Shown: positions 41,263 to 49,776 of the stretch, piece after piece
How positions within the stretch are numbered: the first letter of the stretch is position 1
Layout of the letters: every line of letters begins with the position of its first letter
Assembly (NCBI GenBank): GCA_021783595.1
Contig: JAJXTS010000002.1
Location: forward strand, 1-55,618
DNA from: Chloroflexota bacterium
GTDB taxonomy: Bacteria; Chloroflexota; Limnocylindria; Limnocylindrales; CSP1-4
Length of the DNA: 55,618 nt
Reading direction: 5' to 3'
The notes under the pieces: model-generated
The model's input: only the letters and a program-made list of their open reading frames with translations
What the model was told of the DNA's origin: nothing
Database searches by the model: none
Made by a program: the position numbers and the translations under genes

Positions 41263-42540
41263 ATGGCCACTCCCGGCGAGCTCTCGCCCGCGGCCCGCGC
41301 CGCCGCCGACGCGGTGGACCCGGCCCGGCTCGAGTCGGACCTGGCGGCGCTGGTCAGGCAGCCCAGCGTGACCGGCGACGAGGACGCGATCGCCGCCAGC
41401 CTCGCCGATCGGCTCGAGGCGCTGGGCATGGACGTGGAGGTGTTCACGCCCAACCCGGCGGACATCCGAGCCGACCCGGCCTGGCCCGGCGAGGAGGTTC
41501 CGCGGTCCAGCCTGTCGGTGGTGATCGGCCGTGTCGGCCGGCCTGGCGGGCGGCGGCTGGTCCTGTCCGGGCACATCGACGTCGTGCCCGCGGGCGACCA
41601 GGCCACGTGGGCGCGGCACCCGTTCTCGGGCGAGGTGGTGGACGGGGAGCTGCACGGCCGCGGCGCGTGCGACATGAAGGGCGGCGTGGCGTCCATCCTG
41701 GGCGCCGTGCGGGCCCTGGGCGACGCGGGGGTGCTCGAGCGCCTCGACGGCGAGCTGCTGGTCGCGCTCGTCCCCTCCGAGGAGGACGGCGGGCAGGGCA
41801 CGCTGGCGGCCATCCGGGCGGGCGCCACCGGGGACATGGCGATCATCGCCGAGCCCACCAACCTGGAGCTCGTGGTGGCCCACGCCGGGGCGATCACCTT
41901 CGAGCTCACCGTGCCCGGCCGCGCGGCCCACGCCAGCCGTCGGCTGGAGGGCGTGTCGGCGCTGGCGAACCTCCAGACGCTGGTCGCCGCGCTCGAGGCG
42001 GACGAGGCGCGCCGCAACGCCGCGGAGACCGAGCCGCTCATGACCGCGCTTGGCATGCCGTACCCCTCGATGGTCGGCAAGGTGGCCGGCGGCGAGTGGG
42101 CGAGCACGGTCATGGACCGCGTCGTTGCCGAGGGCCGATACGGCGTGCGGCTGGGCCAGACCACCGAGGAGGCCGAGGGCGAGCTGCGGGCGTGCGTCGC
42201 GGCGGCCTGCGAGGCGGACGAGTTCCTGCGGGAGCACCCCGCGGCCGTGGCCATCACCGGGGCGCGGTTCGGCTCCGCGCGCGTGGCGGCGGACCACCCG
42301 CTGCCGGAGGGGCTCGCCACGGTGGCCGCGGCGGTGATCGGCGCCCGGCCGCCGCGGATCGGCGTGCCGTACGGGTGCGACATGCGCCTGTTCGTCAACG
42401 TCGGCGACACGCCGTGCGTGGTGTACGGCCCGGGCGACGTGCGCCTCGCCCACGGCGCGGACGAGCGCGTGCCGCTGGCCCAGGTGGAGGCGTGCGCGCG
42501 CGTTCTGGCCGCCTGGGTGGCGGGCGAGCTGGGCGCGTAG
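41263..42540 (+). CDS. M20-family ArgE/DapE-type deacylase
   Basis: Last 425 aa of ORF 39424..42540 from ATG 41263, 5 nt after the upstream stop. Contains LSGHIDVVP, GRGACDMKGG and VPSEEDGG metal-ligand motifs. Confidence 0.85.
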   Translation: MATPGELSPAARAAADAVDPARLESDLAALVRQPSVTGDEDAIAASLADRLEALGMDVEVFTPNPADIRADPAWPGEEVPRSSLSVVIGRVGRPGGRRLVLSGHIDVVPAGDQATWARHPFSGEVVDGELHGRGACDMKGGVASILGAVRALGDAGVLERLDGELLVALVPSEEDGGQGTLAAIRAGATGDMAIIAEPTNLELVVAHAGAITFELTVPGRAAHASRRLEGVSALANLQTLVAALEADEARRNAAETEPLMTALGMPYPSMVGKVAGGEWASTVMDRVVAEGRYGVRLGQTTEEAEGELRACVAAACEADEFLREHPAAVAITGARFGSARVAADHPLPEGLATVAAAVIGARPPRIGVPYGCDMRLFVNVGDTPCVVYGPGDVRLAHGADERVPLAQVEACARVLAAWVAGELGA

Positions 42541-42631
42541 CGGCGGACCGGGGCGCGCGCTGCCCGCGTCCGCGCCGCGGGGCCGCGGTCCCGCGACGAC
42601 GCGGTCCCGGCCGCGCCACTAGACTCGGTCT

Positions 42632-43159
42632 GTGGACATGAGCGCCGAGCCCCGCCACTGGGTCAGGGCCGCAGTGCCCGCGGACGCCGCTGCGATCCGC
42701 GAGGTTGCGGCGAGGGCCTGGCGGGCGACCTACGCCGGGCGCCTGGGCGACGAGACGATCGAGCGGTACCTGGCCGCCGCCTACGCCGAGGAGCGCATCG
42801 GCATTCGGATCGAGCGGCACGACGTGCTCGTGGCGGGCCCGACCGGCCTGCCCGAGACGGTCGAGGCGTTCGCCGAGGTCGCGGCACACCCCGACCACGT
42901 CCAGCTGGTCGCCGTCTACACGTTGCCGTCGGTGCGCGGTCGCGGGCTCGGCACGGCGCTCGTGCGGGCGGTCAGGAGCGCCTACCCGGACCGCGACCTC
43001 GCCGCGGACGTGCTGCTCGGGAACGGGCTGGCGGAGCCCTTCTACGCGGCGCGAGGCTTCGTGCCCGGCGACGAGCTCACCGATGAGATCGCGGGCGAGC
43101 TGGTCCGCGAGCGTCGCTGGTGGCACCGGGCGGGGGCTCCGGGCGGAGTCCGCCGGTAA
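42632..43159 (+). CDS. GNAT family N-acetyltransferase
   Basis: 175 aa with the acetyl-CoA motif LPSVRGRGLGTALV and ...PFYAARGF. A TAGACT -10-like hexamer lies 6 nt before the GTG start, so the mRNA may be leaderless. Confidence 0.82.
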   Translation: MDMSAEPRHWVRAAVPADAAAIREVAARAWRATYAGRLGDETIERYLAAAYAEERIGIRIERHDVLVAGPTGLPETVEAFAEVAAHPDHVQLVAVYTLPSVRGRGLGTALVRAVRSAYPDRDLAADVLLGNGLAEPFYAARGFVPGDELTDEIAGELVRERRWWHRAGAPGGVRR

Positions 43160-43199
43160 CGGGCAGTCGCCCGGCGCCCTGGCCCGCCTGATGCTGGCC

Positions 43200-43238
43200 G
43201 CCCGGCGCCAACTCGCCCGGCGCCAACTCGCCCGGCGG
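43200..43238. repeat. 15-bp tandem repeat (GCCCGGCGCCAACTC x2.6)
   Basis: Direct reading of 43200-43238, in the convergent intergenic region. Confidence 0.7.
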
Positions 43239-43346
43239 CTGAACGGAACGGCGCGGCGTTCGCCCCGCCCGCCTGGTGGGTGGTCCGCCCGCGGCGGCGT
43301 TCAGGCGAGCCGCCCAGCGGTCGGCCTGACCGTCGGGCGCTTGTCT

Positions 43347-43438
43347 TCACCCGCTGGGCGAGTGGCGGCCGGGAGTCGAACCGGGTCACCCGCTGGGCGG
43401 ACGGGGCCGAACCTGGTCACGCGCTGGGCGAGTGGCGG
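43347..43438. repeat. three imperfect direct repeats of a ~22-nt core TCACSCGCTGGGCGRRYGGSG (periods 39 and 31 nt)
   Basis: Copies at 43347-43368, 43386-43407 and 43417-43438. Copies 2 and 3 are each preceded by CGAACCKGG. Confidence 0.65.
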
Positions 43439-43484
43439 CTGGTGGCCGGCGGCGAGCCCGCGTCGCGATCCGCCCGTCGGGGGC

Positions 43485-44849
43485 CTACCCGAACAGCGCC
43501 TCGACGGCCTCGGCGAACACCGCGGTGTGGCGGTCCACGTCCGCGGCGGTCGTGGCCGGGGACATCAGGGCCATGTTGTGGAATGGCGTCATCAGCACGC
43601 CCCGGTTCATCGCCCACAGGTGCAGGAAACGCTCCAGCTCCGGGTCGGCGGCGTCGTGGAGCTCCGTGCCGTTCCTGGCCGGCCGGCTGATGAAGTGGTA
43701 CTCGGCGCGGGCGCCCAGGCGCGTGACGTGCCACGGGACGTCGCGGGCGCGCAGGACCTCGTTCACGCCGGCCTCGAAGCGCTCGGCCAGCGGGACCATC
43801 CTGGCGAACGCCTCGTCCGTCAGCACCTCGGTCAGCGTCGCGCGGACCGCGGCCAGCGACAGGGCGTTCCCCGCCAGCGTGCCGCCGATCCCGCCCACGT
43901 CGGAGTCCTCGCGGTCGATGGCGCGCCGGATCCGGTCGCCAACCTCCTCCGTGAACCCGTACGCCGCCGCCGGGATCCCCCCGCCGATCGTCTTGCCGAT
44001 GGTCACGAAATCCGGCCGCAGGCCGTGCGCGCCGGTGTAGCCGCCGGGCCCCGCGCAGATCGTGTGGGTCTCGTCGTTGACGAGCAGCGTCCCGTACCTG
44101 CGGGTGAGCTCCCGGACGCCCTCGTGGTAGCCGGGCTCGGGCAGGACGATGCCGACGTTGGTGAGCGCGGGCTCGAACAGGCAGGCGGCCACGTCGCCAT
44201 GGGCCAGCTCGCGCCCGAGCCCGTCGAGGTCGTTGATCTCCACGACGCGCGTCGTGGCGCCGAGGTCCACGGGACGGCCGATGTTGCCGCGCCGGGAGAC
44301 CGCCTCCCCGTCGGCCCCGATGACCGCGAACGTCTCGTCCACCGAGCCGTGGTAGCAGTGGTTGTGGACCACGATCTTGGGGCGGCCCGTGATGTGGCGG
44401 GCGAGCCGGATGGTGAACCGGTTGGCGTCGGTGGCGGTGAGCGTGAACTGCCAGAACCGGGGACCGAAGCGGCGGCGCAGCTCGTCTGCCGCGACGATGG
44501 CGTCTTCGGTGGGCAGCATGTGCGTGATGCCGCGGCGCAGCTGGGCCGTGACCGCCTCGACCGTCGCGCTGGGCCCGTGGCCCGCCATCGCGCCGGTGTC
44601 GCCCAGGCACAGGTCCAAGTAGTCGTGGCCGTCCACGTCGCGGAAGTGGGCGCCGGACGCCGACTCGACGAACAGGGGGAAGGCGCCCGCCCACTTGACC
44701 ATCCAGTTCATCGGCACGCCGTCGAGCATCGAGCCCTGGGCCTGCTGGTAGAGGACGCGGGAGCGCGGGTTCGCCTGCTCGAAGGCCGCCAGCTCGGACG
44801 CCATGAGCCGCCCGAGGCGGGCGCGGTCGAGGGTGCGGTGGGCGGTCAT
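43485..44849 (-). CDS. class-III aminotransferase (glutamate-1-semialdehyde-2,1-aminomutase-like subgroup)
   Basis: ORF 43485..45143 trimmed to ATG 44849, preceded by GAAGGAGCG. Contains LVNDETHT and the DFVTIGKTIGGGIP PLP-lysine motif. 454 aa. Confidence 0.85.
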   Translation of the reverse strand: MTAHRTLDRARLGRLMASELAAFEQANPRSRVLYQQAQGSMLDGVPMNWMVKWAGAFPLFVESASGAHFRDVDGHDYLDLCLGDTGAMAGHGPSATVEAVTAQLRRGITHMLPTEDAIVAADELRRRFGPRFWQFTLTATDANRFTIRLARHITGRPKIVVHNHCYHGSVDETFAVIGADGEAVSRRGNIGRPVDLGATTRVVEINDLDGLGRELAHGDVAACLFEPALTNVGIVLPEPGYHEGVRELTRRYGTLLVNDETHTICAGPGGYTGAHGLRPDFVTIGKTIGGGIPAAAYGFTEEVGDRIRRAIDREDSDVGGIGGTLAGNALSLAAVRATLTEVLTDEAFARMVPLAERFEAGVNEVLRARDVPWHVTRLGARAEYHFISRPARNGTELHDAADPELERFLHLWAMNRGVLMTPFHNMALMSPATTAADVDRHTAVFAEAVEALFG

Positions 44850-44986
44850 GTCGCTCCTTCGCGGGTCGGGGCCGTGTGGCGGGGACGCCGCGGGATTGTC
44901 GGAGGCACCGCCGGGGAAGGGCAACCGCGTCGCGCAGGGCGGAAGGGCGTGGATCGGGCCCGACGGCCGGTCCACGGTGGGGCGGG

Positions 44987-45175
44987 CTAGTTGAGCTTGC
45001 GGGTGTAGCCGCAGATCTCGCAGTGCGCGATGCCGGCCGTCTCGTCCACGACGAGGAAGCTGGTGCAGCCGTTGGTGGCGCAGTACGGCCGAGTGGCGTG
45101 GGCGGCGCGACGCCGCATCCGCCGCATCGAGGACGCGCGGCATGCCGCTGCGTTCGTTGAGGCTCGGGTGAGCAT
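44987..45175 (-). CDS. small zinc-ribbon protein (46-62 aa)
   Basis: The tail of ORF 44987..46639 reads ...MRRMRRRAAHATRPYCATNGCTSFLVVDETAGIAHCEICGYTRKLN*, giving C-x4-C ... C-x2-C. ATG 45175 has a GGAAAGGAA ribosome-binding site; ATG 45127 is an alternative start. Confidence 0.5.
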   Translation of the reverse strand: MLTRASTNAAACRASSMRRMRRRAAHATRPYCATNGCTSFLVVDETAGIAHCEICGYTRKLN

Positions 45176-45344
45176 TGAGGAATGTTCCTTTCCGGGCTCC
45201 GTCGGGATTGTGACGGTCAGCCCCTGCCGCTCCAACGGCCGTGGCATTCGGAGGCCGGAGCGGCGTTCAGTGAGGCCCGGTGCGGCGCGTGCTCGCGATC
45301 TTGGTCGATGGCCGAGAGGCCGCAATCCATCGGGCGATACGGAG

Positions 45345-45373
45345 AGCATGCTGTGAACAGGCGTTCCTGTCAA
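45345..45373 (-). promoter_or_regulatory. candidate promoter (TTGACA-17-CATGCT) ahead of the zinc-ribbon ORF
   Basis: Minus strand: TTGACA (45373-45368), 17-nt spacer, CATGCT (45350-45345). This leaves a ~160-nt hairpin-rich leader. Confidence 0.35.
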
Positions 45374-45429
45374 ATGCCTGTGCCCGATCGGGCGGCCCCG
45401 GTCTGGCCGGGCGGCACCACCCGCCGCCG

Positions 45430-46995
45430 CTAGGCCTCGGGCGGATACCCGGTGATGCGCCGGATCTCCCGGTAGAGCGGCTGCAGCCGGTCGTAGAGCG
45501 GCAGGTACACGGTACGGTAGAGCTCCTCGTAGACGGCATGGGCGGCCGGGTCCGGGTCGCGGGTCTCGGCCACGCGGGTCATGGCGGCCACCGCCGCCTC
45601 GAACGAGGGGTGGATCCGGAGGCCAACCGCCGCGTCGATCGCCGCGCCGAGGCCGCTCGTCTCGTGGGTGTGGGGCCGTTTGGCCGGCAGCCCGAAGACG
45701 TCGGCGATCAGCCCCACGGCCGCCGGGCTCTGGCTGCCGCCGCCGGACACGCGGATCTCCGTGACGCGCGCCCTCGTGCGCCGCTCGCTCCGCTCCTTGC
45801 CCTCGCGCAGGGCGTAGGCGAGGCCCTCGAGGATCGCCCGGTAGAGGTGGGCGCGCGTGTGGACGTCGCCCCAGCCGATCACCGCGCCCTTGGCCTCCGG
45901 GCCCGGGACGCGCACGCCCGGCGACCAGTACGGCTGCAGGACCAGGCCCATCGACCCCGGCGGCGTGGCGGCGACCAGTTCGTCGAGCAGCGACTCGGCG
46001 TCCACGCCCAGCTCGCGGGCGCGGGCAACCTCGGCGGCACCGAACTCCCGCTTGAACCACTCGATCATCCAGAACCCGCGGTAGACCTGGACCTCGAGGC
46101 TGTACTGGCCCGGCACGGCCGCGGGGTAGGGCGGCACCAGCGGGAGGACCTCGATGTAGCGCGGGTGCGTGGTGTTGAACGTGGCGGTGGTGCCCAGCGA
46201 GACCGCACCGACGTGCGGGTCGAGCGCGCCCGAGCCCAGCACCTCGCACGCCTTGTCGCCCGCGGCGGCGAGAAGCGGGAGGCCCGCGGGGATGCCGGTC
46301 GCCTCGGCGGCGGCGGGCGTGATCTGGCCGATCACCTCCCCGGGCCGGACCAGCTCCGGCAGCCACGCGTCCCGGACCGGCACGGCGAGCCACCTCCAGT
46401 CGTCGGGGACGGCCCAGCGGAGCGCCTTGTAGTCGAACGGGAGGTAGCCGACCTGCGCGGCGACACTGTCCGCGAAGCGGCCCGTCAGCCGGTGGACGAG
46501 GAACCCGGACAGCAGCAGGTAGTGCTCGACCCGCGACCACAGCTCGGGTTCCTGCTGGGCGAGGACGTTGGCCTCGGCCTCGGCCCGGAAGGTCGCCACG
46601 GTCCCCGTGGCCCGCATCGCCCGGAAGGCGAGGCCCCACGTGCCGCCGATCCGCGGCAGGCCCTCGGCCCGCCGGCGGTCGAGCCAGACGATGGCGCGGC
46701 GGAGGGGCTCGCCCGCACCGTCGGTGGGGACCACCGTCCCGCGCTGGGTCGTGAGCGCCACGCCAGCGAGCGCGTCCTTGGCCACGCCGGGCTGCGCCCA
46801 GAGCGCACGGGTCGCCTCGCCGAGCGCGCGCCAGTAGAGGTCCGCGTCCTGCTCGCAGGCGCCGGGCGGCCCGGGGGCACAGGCCTCGATGGGGACCTTG
46901 GCGCGCGCGAGGAGGTTGCCGGCGGGGTCGAACACGAGCGCCCGCACGCTCTGCGTGCCGACGTCGAGCGCGAGGACCTGATCGGCCGCGCTCAC
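45430..46995 (-). CDS. FGGY-family carbohydrate kinase
   Basis: C-terminal 521 aa of ORF 45430..47589 from GTG 46995, which overlaps the upstream stop as GTGA. Contains LALDVGTQSVRA and a C-terminal GGGSQS motif. Confidence 0.85.
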   Translation of the reverse strand: MSAADQVLALDVGTQSVRALVFDPAGNLLARAKVPIEACAPGPPGACEQDADLYWRALGEATRALWAQPGVAKDALAGVALTTQRGTVVPTDGAGEPLRRAIVWLDRRRAEGLPRIGGTWGLAFRAMRATGTVATFRAEAEANVLAQQEPELWSRVEHYLLLSGFLVHRLTGRFADSVAAQVGYLPFDYKALRWAVPDDWRWLAVPVRDAWLPELVRPGEVIGQITPAAAEATGIPAGLPLLAAAGDKACEVLGSGALDPHVGAVSLGTTATFNTTHPRYIEVLPLVPPYPAAVPGQYSLEVQVYRGFWMIEWFKREFGAAEVARARELGVDAESLLDELVAATPPGSMGLVLQPYWSPGVRVPGPEAKGAVIGWGDVHTRAHLYRAILEGLAYALREGKERSERRTRARVTEIRVSGGGSQSPAAVGLIADVFGLPAKRPHTHETSGLGAAIDAAVGLRIHPSFEAAVAAMTRVAETRDPDPAAHAVYEELYRTVYLPLYDRLQPLYREIRRITGYPPEA

Positions 46996-48596
46996 CCCGG
47001 GCCGCCGAGGAGCACGCCGGGGTTCATGATCCCGTCGGGGTCGAAGGTGCGCACGACCGCCTCGAGCGCGGCCATGCCGAGCGGGCCTTTCTCGGCGGCG
47101 AGATACGGCGCGTGGTCCACGCCCACACCGTGGTGGTGGGTGATCGTGCCGCCGCCCGCGACGATCGCCTCGCTGGCCGCTGCCTTGAGCGCGCGCCAGC
47201 GGGCCATCGTCTCGTCGGGGTCGGCCGCGAGCCGGAAGATGTAGGTGACGTACAGGCTCGACCCCGACGGGTAGAGGTGCGAGAGGTGCGTGAACACGTG
47301 CGCGCGCTCGTGCCACGGGGCGAGGGCGCGGCGAAGCGCGTCCTCCAGGCCCGCGAGCAGCCCGGGGACGTGGGCCCAGTCGGTGGCGGTCTCGAGGGTG
47401 TCCGACGCGTACCCGGCCGACCACAGCGCGTTGCGCAGGTAAGGCGACCGGAAGCGGGTGCGCGACCACGCCCCGGCGAGCGCCGGCAGGCGGAGGCCGC
47501 CGTGGGCGCCCATGATGGCCCCCGCCTCGGCGCGGGCGGCACGGGCCGTCCGGCGGCGCCCGGCGACGCCCGCGAGGACGAGGACCCACTCGGCGGGCCG
47601 GCGCCGGGCGCGGACGTAGGCGGTCAGGGCGCGGGCCTGGGCGGGCTTGGCGCCGAAGGCGAGGAGCGTGCGCGTCTCCTGAGCCGTGGACAGGCGCAGG
47701 AGCGACAGGCCCGCCCGCGCCTGCACCAGCGCCCGGACGGCGTCGATGGCGTCGGGCCAGGCGGGGAGTGCCCAGGCGTCCAGCCGCTCAACCTCGGGGT
47801 GGGGCGCCGCGCGGAGGACCACATCGGTCAGGAAACCCAGGCGCCCCTCCGAGCCGAGCACCAGCTGGCGCAGGTCGGGGCCGGCAGCCGAAGCCGGGAA
47901 CGGCGGCATCACGAGCGTTCCGGCCGGGGCCTCGAGCGTGCCGCCGGCGAACAGCTGCTCGATGCGCCCGGCGCCCAGACTCTTGAGGCCGGACCCGCGG
48001 GCGGCCACCCAGCCCCCCACCGTGGCCAGCTCCCAGCTCTGCGGCTCGTGCGCCACCGTGAGCGCGTGGCCCGCGAGCAGGGTGGCGAGGGCCGGGCCGG
48101 TGGTGCCGGCCAGCACGGTGACGAGGCCGCTGCGCTCGTCCACCGCCCGCACGCCGGCCAGCCCGCCGAGGTCCACGGTGATCAGGGGGTCTGCGCTGGG
48201 GCGGGCGCTCACGCCGCCCACGACGCTGGTGCCCCCGCCGAAGGGGATCAGCCTCGCTCCGACCCGGCGCGCGTGGTCGAGCAGCGCCCGGATGTCGGCG
48301 GTCTCGGCCGGGCGGGCAACCGCGTCCGGGACGGCGTCCAGCCGGCCGTACCGCAGCGACGCGAGGTCCGGGAGGCTCTGGCCGCGGGCGCGCCGGACGC
48401 GGGCCTCGGGATCGGTGGTCAGGCGCAGCTCGGCCGAGGCGGCGAGGCGCGAGGGCGGCACGCTCGCCACGACCTCCCCGAGGGTCGCCTCGCGGGGCGG
48501 CGTTCCCCGGCCGATGGCCGCCGCCAGCAGGCGGCGCCCGCCCGCGCCCACGGCGGTGGCGTCCCCCTCCTCGCCCCAGCCGTTCCAGCTTCGCAT
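46992..48596 (-). CDS. FAD-linked oxidase (alkyl-DHAP-synthase / GlcD-like)
   Basis: C-terminal 534 aa of ORF 46992..49469 from ATG 48596. Starts MRSWNGWGEEGD, then the IPFGGGTSVVGG FAD-binding PCMH domain, then HHHGVGVDH at the C-terminus. Confidence 0.85.
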   Translation of the reverse strand: MRSWNGWGEEGDATAVGAGGRRLLAAAIGRGTPPREATLGEVVASVPPSRLAASAELRLTTDPEARVRRARGQSLPDLASLRYGRLDAVPDAVARPAETADIRALLDHARRVGARLIPFGGGTSVVGGVSARPSADPLITVDLGGLAGVRAVDERSGLVTVLAGTTGPALATLLAGHALTVAHEPQSWELATVGGWVAARGSGLKSLGAGRIEQLFAGGTLEAPAGTLVMPPFPASAAGPDLRQLVLGSEGRLGFLTDVVLRAAPHPEVERLDAWALPAWPDAIDAVRALVQARAGLSLLRLSTAQETRTLLAFGAKPAQARALTAYVRARRRPAEWVLVLAGVAGRRRTARAARAEAGAIMGAHGGLRLPALAGAWSRTRFRSPYLRNALWSAGYASDTLETATDWAHVPGLLAGLEDALRRALAPWHERAHVFTHLSHLYPSGSSLYVTYIFRLAADPDETMARWRALKAAASEAIVAGGGTITHHHGVGVDHAPYLAAEKGPLGMAALEAVVRTFDPDGIMNPGVLLGGPG

Positions 48597-48659
48597 TCGC
48601 CCATCGTGCCACCCGGCGGGCGCGGCCGCACTCGACTTGGGCAGCCGGGGCCACGAGCC

Positions 48660-48930
48660 GCCGCCCCGAGTGGGGTCGTCGCCCGCGGGGGCAGAAAGGG
48701 ATCGGCCTTGCGTCTGAACTTGCGCGCCAGTCTCCTGGGCATGTTCGCCTCCCCCCGGCCCGGGCTCGCGGATCGTCGGCTGCGAGACCGACGGCAATCG
48801 CGTGGGGCTGAGCGCCGATGCCGTGTCCGAGGTGCTGAGGGTGCCCGGCGAGGCGATCGGGCCGACGCGGGAGCAGGCCGCCGGGACGGACGCGGAGCTC
48901 GTCCGGGCCGAGACCCGGCGCCCCGACCGC
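48660..48930 (+). pseudogene. possible CheW-domain gene remnant (frameshifted, truncated at both ends)
   Basis: Frame 0 reads AAPSGVVARGGRKGSALRLNLRASLLGM. Frame +1 reads RIVGCETDGNRVGLSADAVSEVLRVPGEAIGP. Together these resemble the CheW core (GvinlRG..vpvvdLr..lG ... vGllVD.VseVl.ip...iepp). The region lies in a 334-nt gap between minus-strand genes. Confidence 0.3.
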
Positions 48931-49764
48931 TCAGACGGGCGGCCAGGGGACGGCGGGCCAGTTCGGGGACGGCTGGGGGAACGCGCCGCCGGCCAGGAGC
49001 CGGTCGAGCCGACGGGCCGTCGCGGCCACCTCGATCGGGTCGAGGAGGCCGTGCAGGGTGGCACCGAGCTCGCCGTCGATCCCTGCGCGGAGCAGGCGCA
49101 GCACCTCCGACTCCTCCGGCAGGAACGGCTCGCCGCGCCACGCCCACAGGACGGTCCGCAGCTTGGGCACGGGCGAGAACGTGACGCCGTGGTCCACGCC
49201 GTAGACGTGGCCGCCCGGGACGGGGAGCAGGTGGCCGGCCTTGCGGTCGGTGTTGTTGACCGCGGCGTCGAAAGCTGCGATCCGCCGCAGGCGCGGGTCA
49301 GCCCCGTTGACGAGCTCGACCGGGTCGGCGTCCGGGTCGGTGCGGACCCACAGCTGGAGCATGCCCTCGCCGAGCTCGGTGGCGCGCAGGACCGTGGGCG
49401 GGACGATCCCCCAGCCGCTGGCCTGCGACACGGCGAACGCCGCCACCTCGCGCCGGGCGAGGGTCCCATCCGGGAAGTCGCGCAGCGGCCGCTCCCCGGC
49501 GACCGGCTTGCAGATCACGGCCGCCTCGACCCCGCCGCCGCGGACGACGCCGAGCAGCGCGTTGTTGGACGACACCCAGAGCCGGCCGATCAGCTCGAGC
49601 TCGCCGTCCGCCAGGAGCGCCAGCGCCTCGCCCGGCGGCAGCACCGGCATGGGCAGGCCGAGCGACTCGATGGTGGTGGCCGTCTCCTCCTGCTCGGCCT
49701 CCGCCTCATCGCCGAGCTCGTCCGCCACCTCCGCCTCGAGCCCTGCGTCGCGCCCGTCGGCCAT
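48931..49764 (-). CDS. SCO1664-family protein (PI3/PI4-kinase-like fold)
   Basis: 277 aa containing SSNNALLGVV, VICKPVAGERPLRDFPDGTLARREVAA, NNTDRKAGHLL and GVDHGVTF. Confidence 0.82.
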   Translation of the reverse strand: MADGRDAGLEAEVADELGDEAEAEQEETATTIESLGLPMPVLPPGEALALLADGELELIGRLWVSSNNALLGVVRGGGVEAAVICKPVAGERPLRDFPDGTLARREVAAFAVSQASGWGIVPPTVLRATELGEGMLQLWVRTDPDADPVELVNGADPRLRRIAAFDAAVNNTDRKAGHLLPVPGGHVYGVDHGVTFSPVPKLRTVLWAWRGEPFLPEESEVLRLLRAGIDGELGATLHGLLDPIEVAATARRLDRLLAGGAFPQPSPNWPAVPWPPV

Positions 49765-49776
49765 CGGCCCCGCCCC

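Noticed and set aside
43360-43390. tRNA-like T-arm motif (minus strand GGTTCGACTCC)
   Set aside because: The flanking stem has a central C-C mismatch. No acceptor, anticodon or D-arm can be built around it, and there is no CCA context. It is part of the local direct-repeat unit, so it is not a tRNA or a convincing att remnant.
43200-43438. Possible CRISPR array, because of closely spaced direct repeats
   Set aside because: There are only 2-3 copies. The repeats are 15-22 nt and degenerate, spacers are 9-17 nt and irregular, and no cas genes are in the window.
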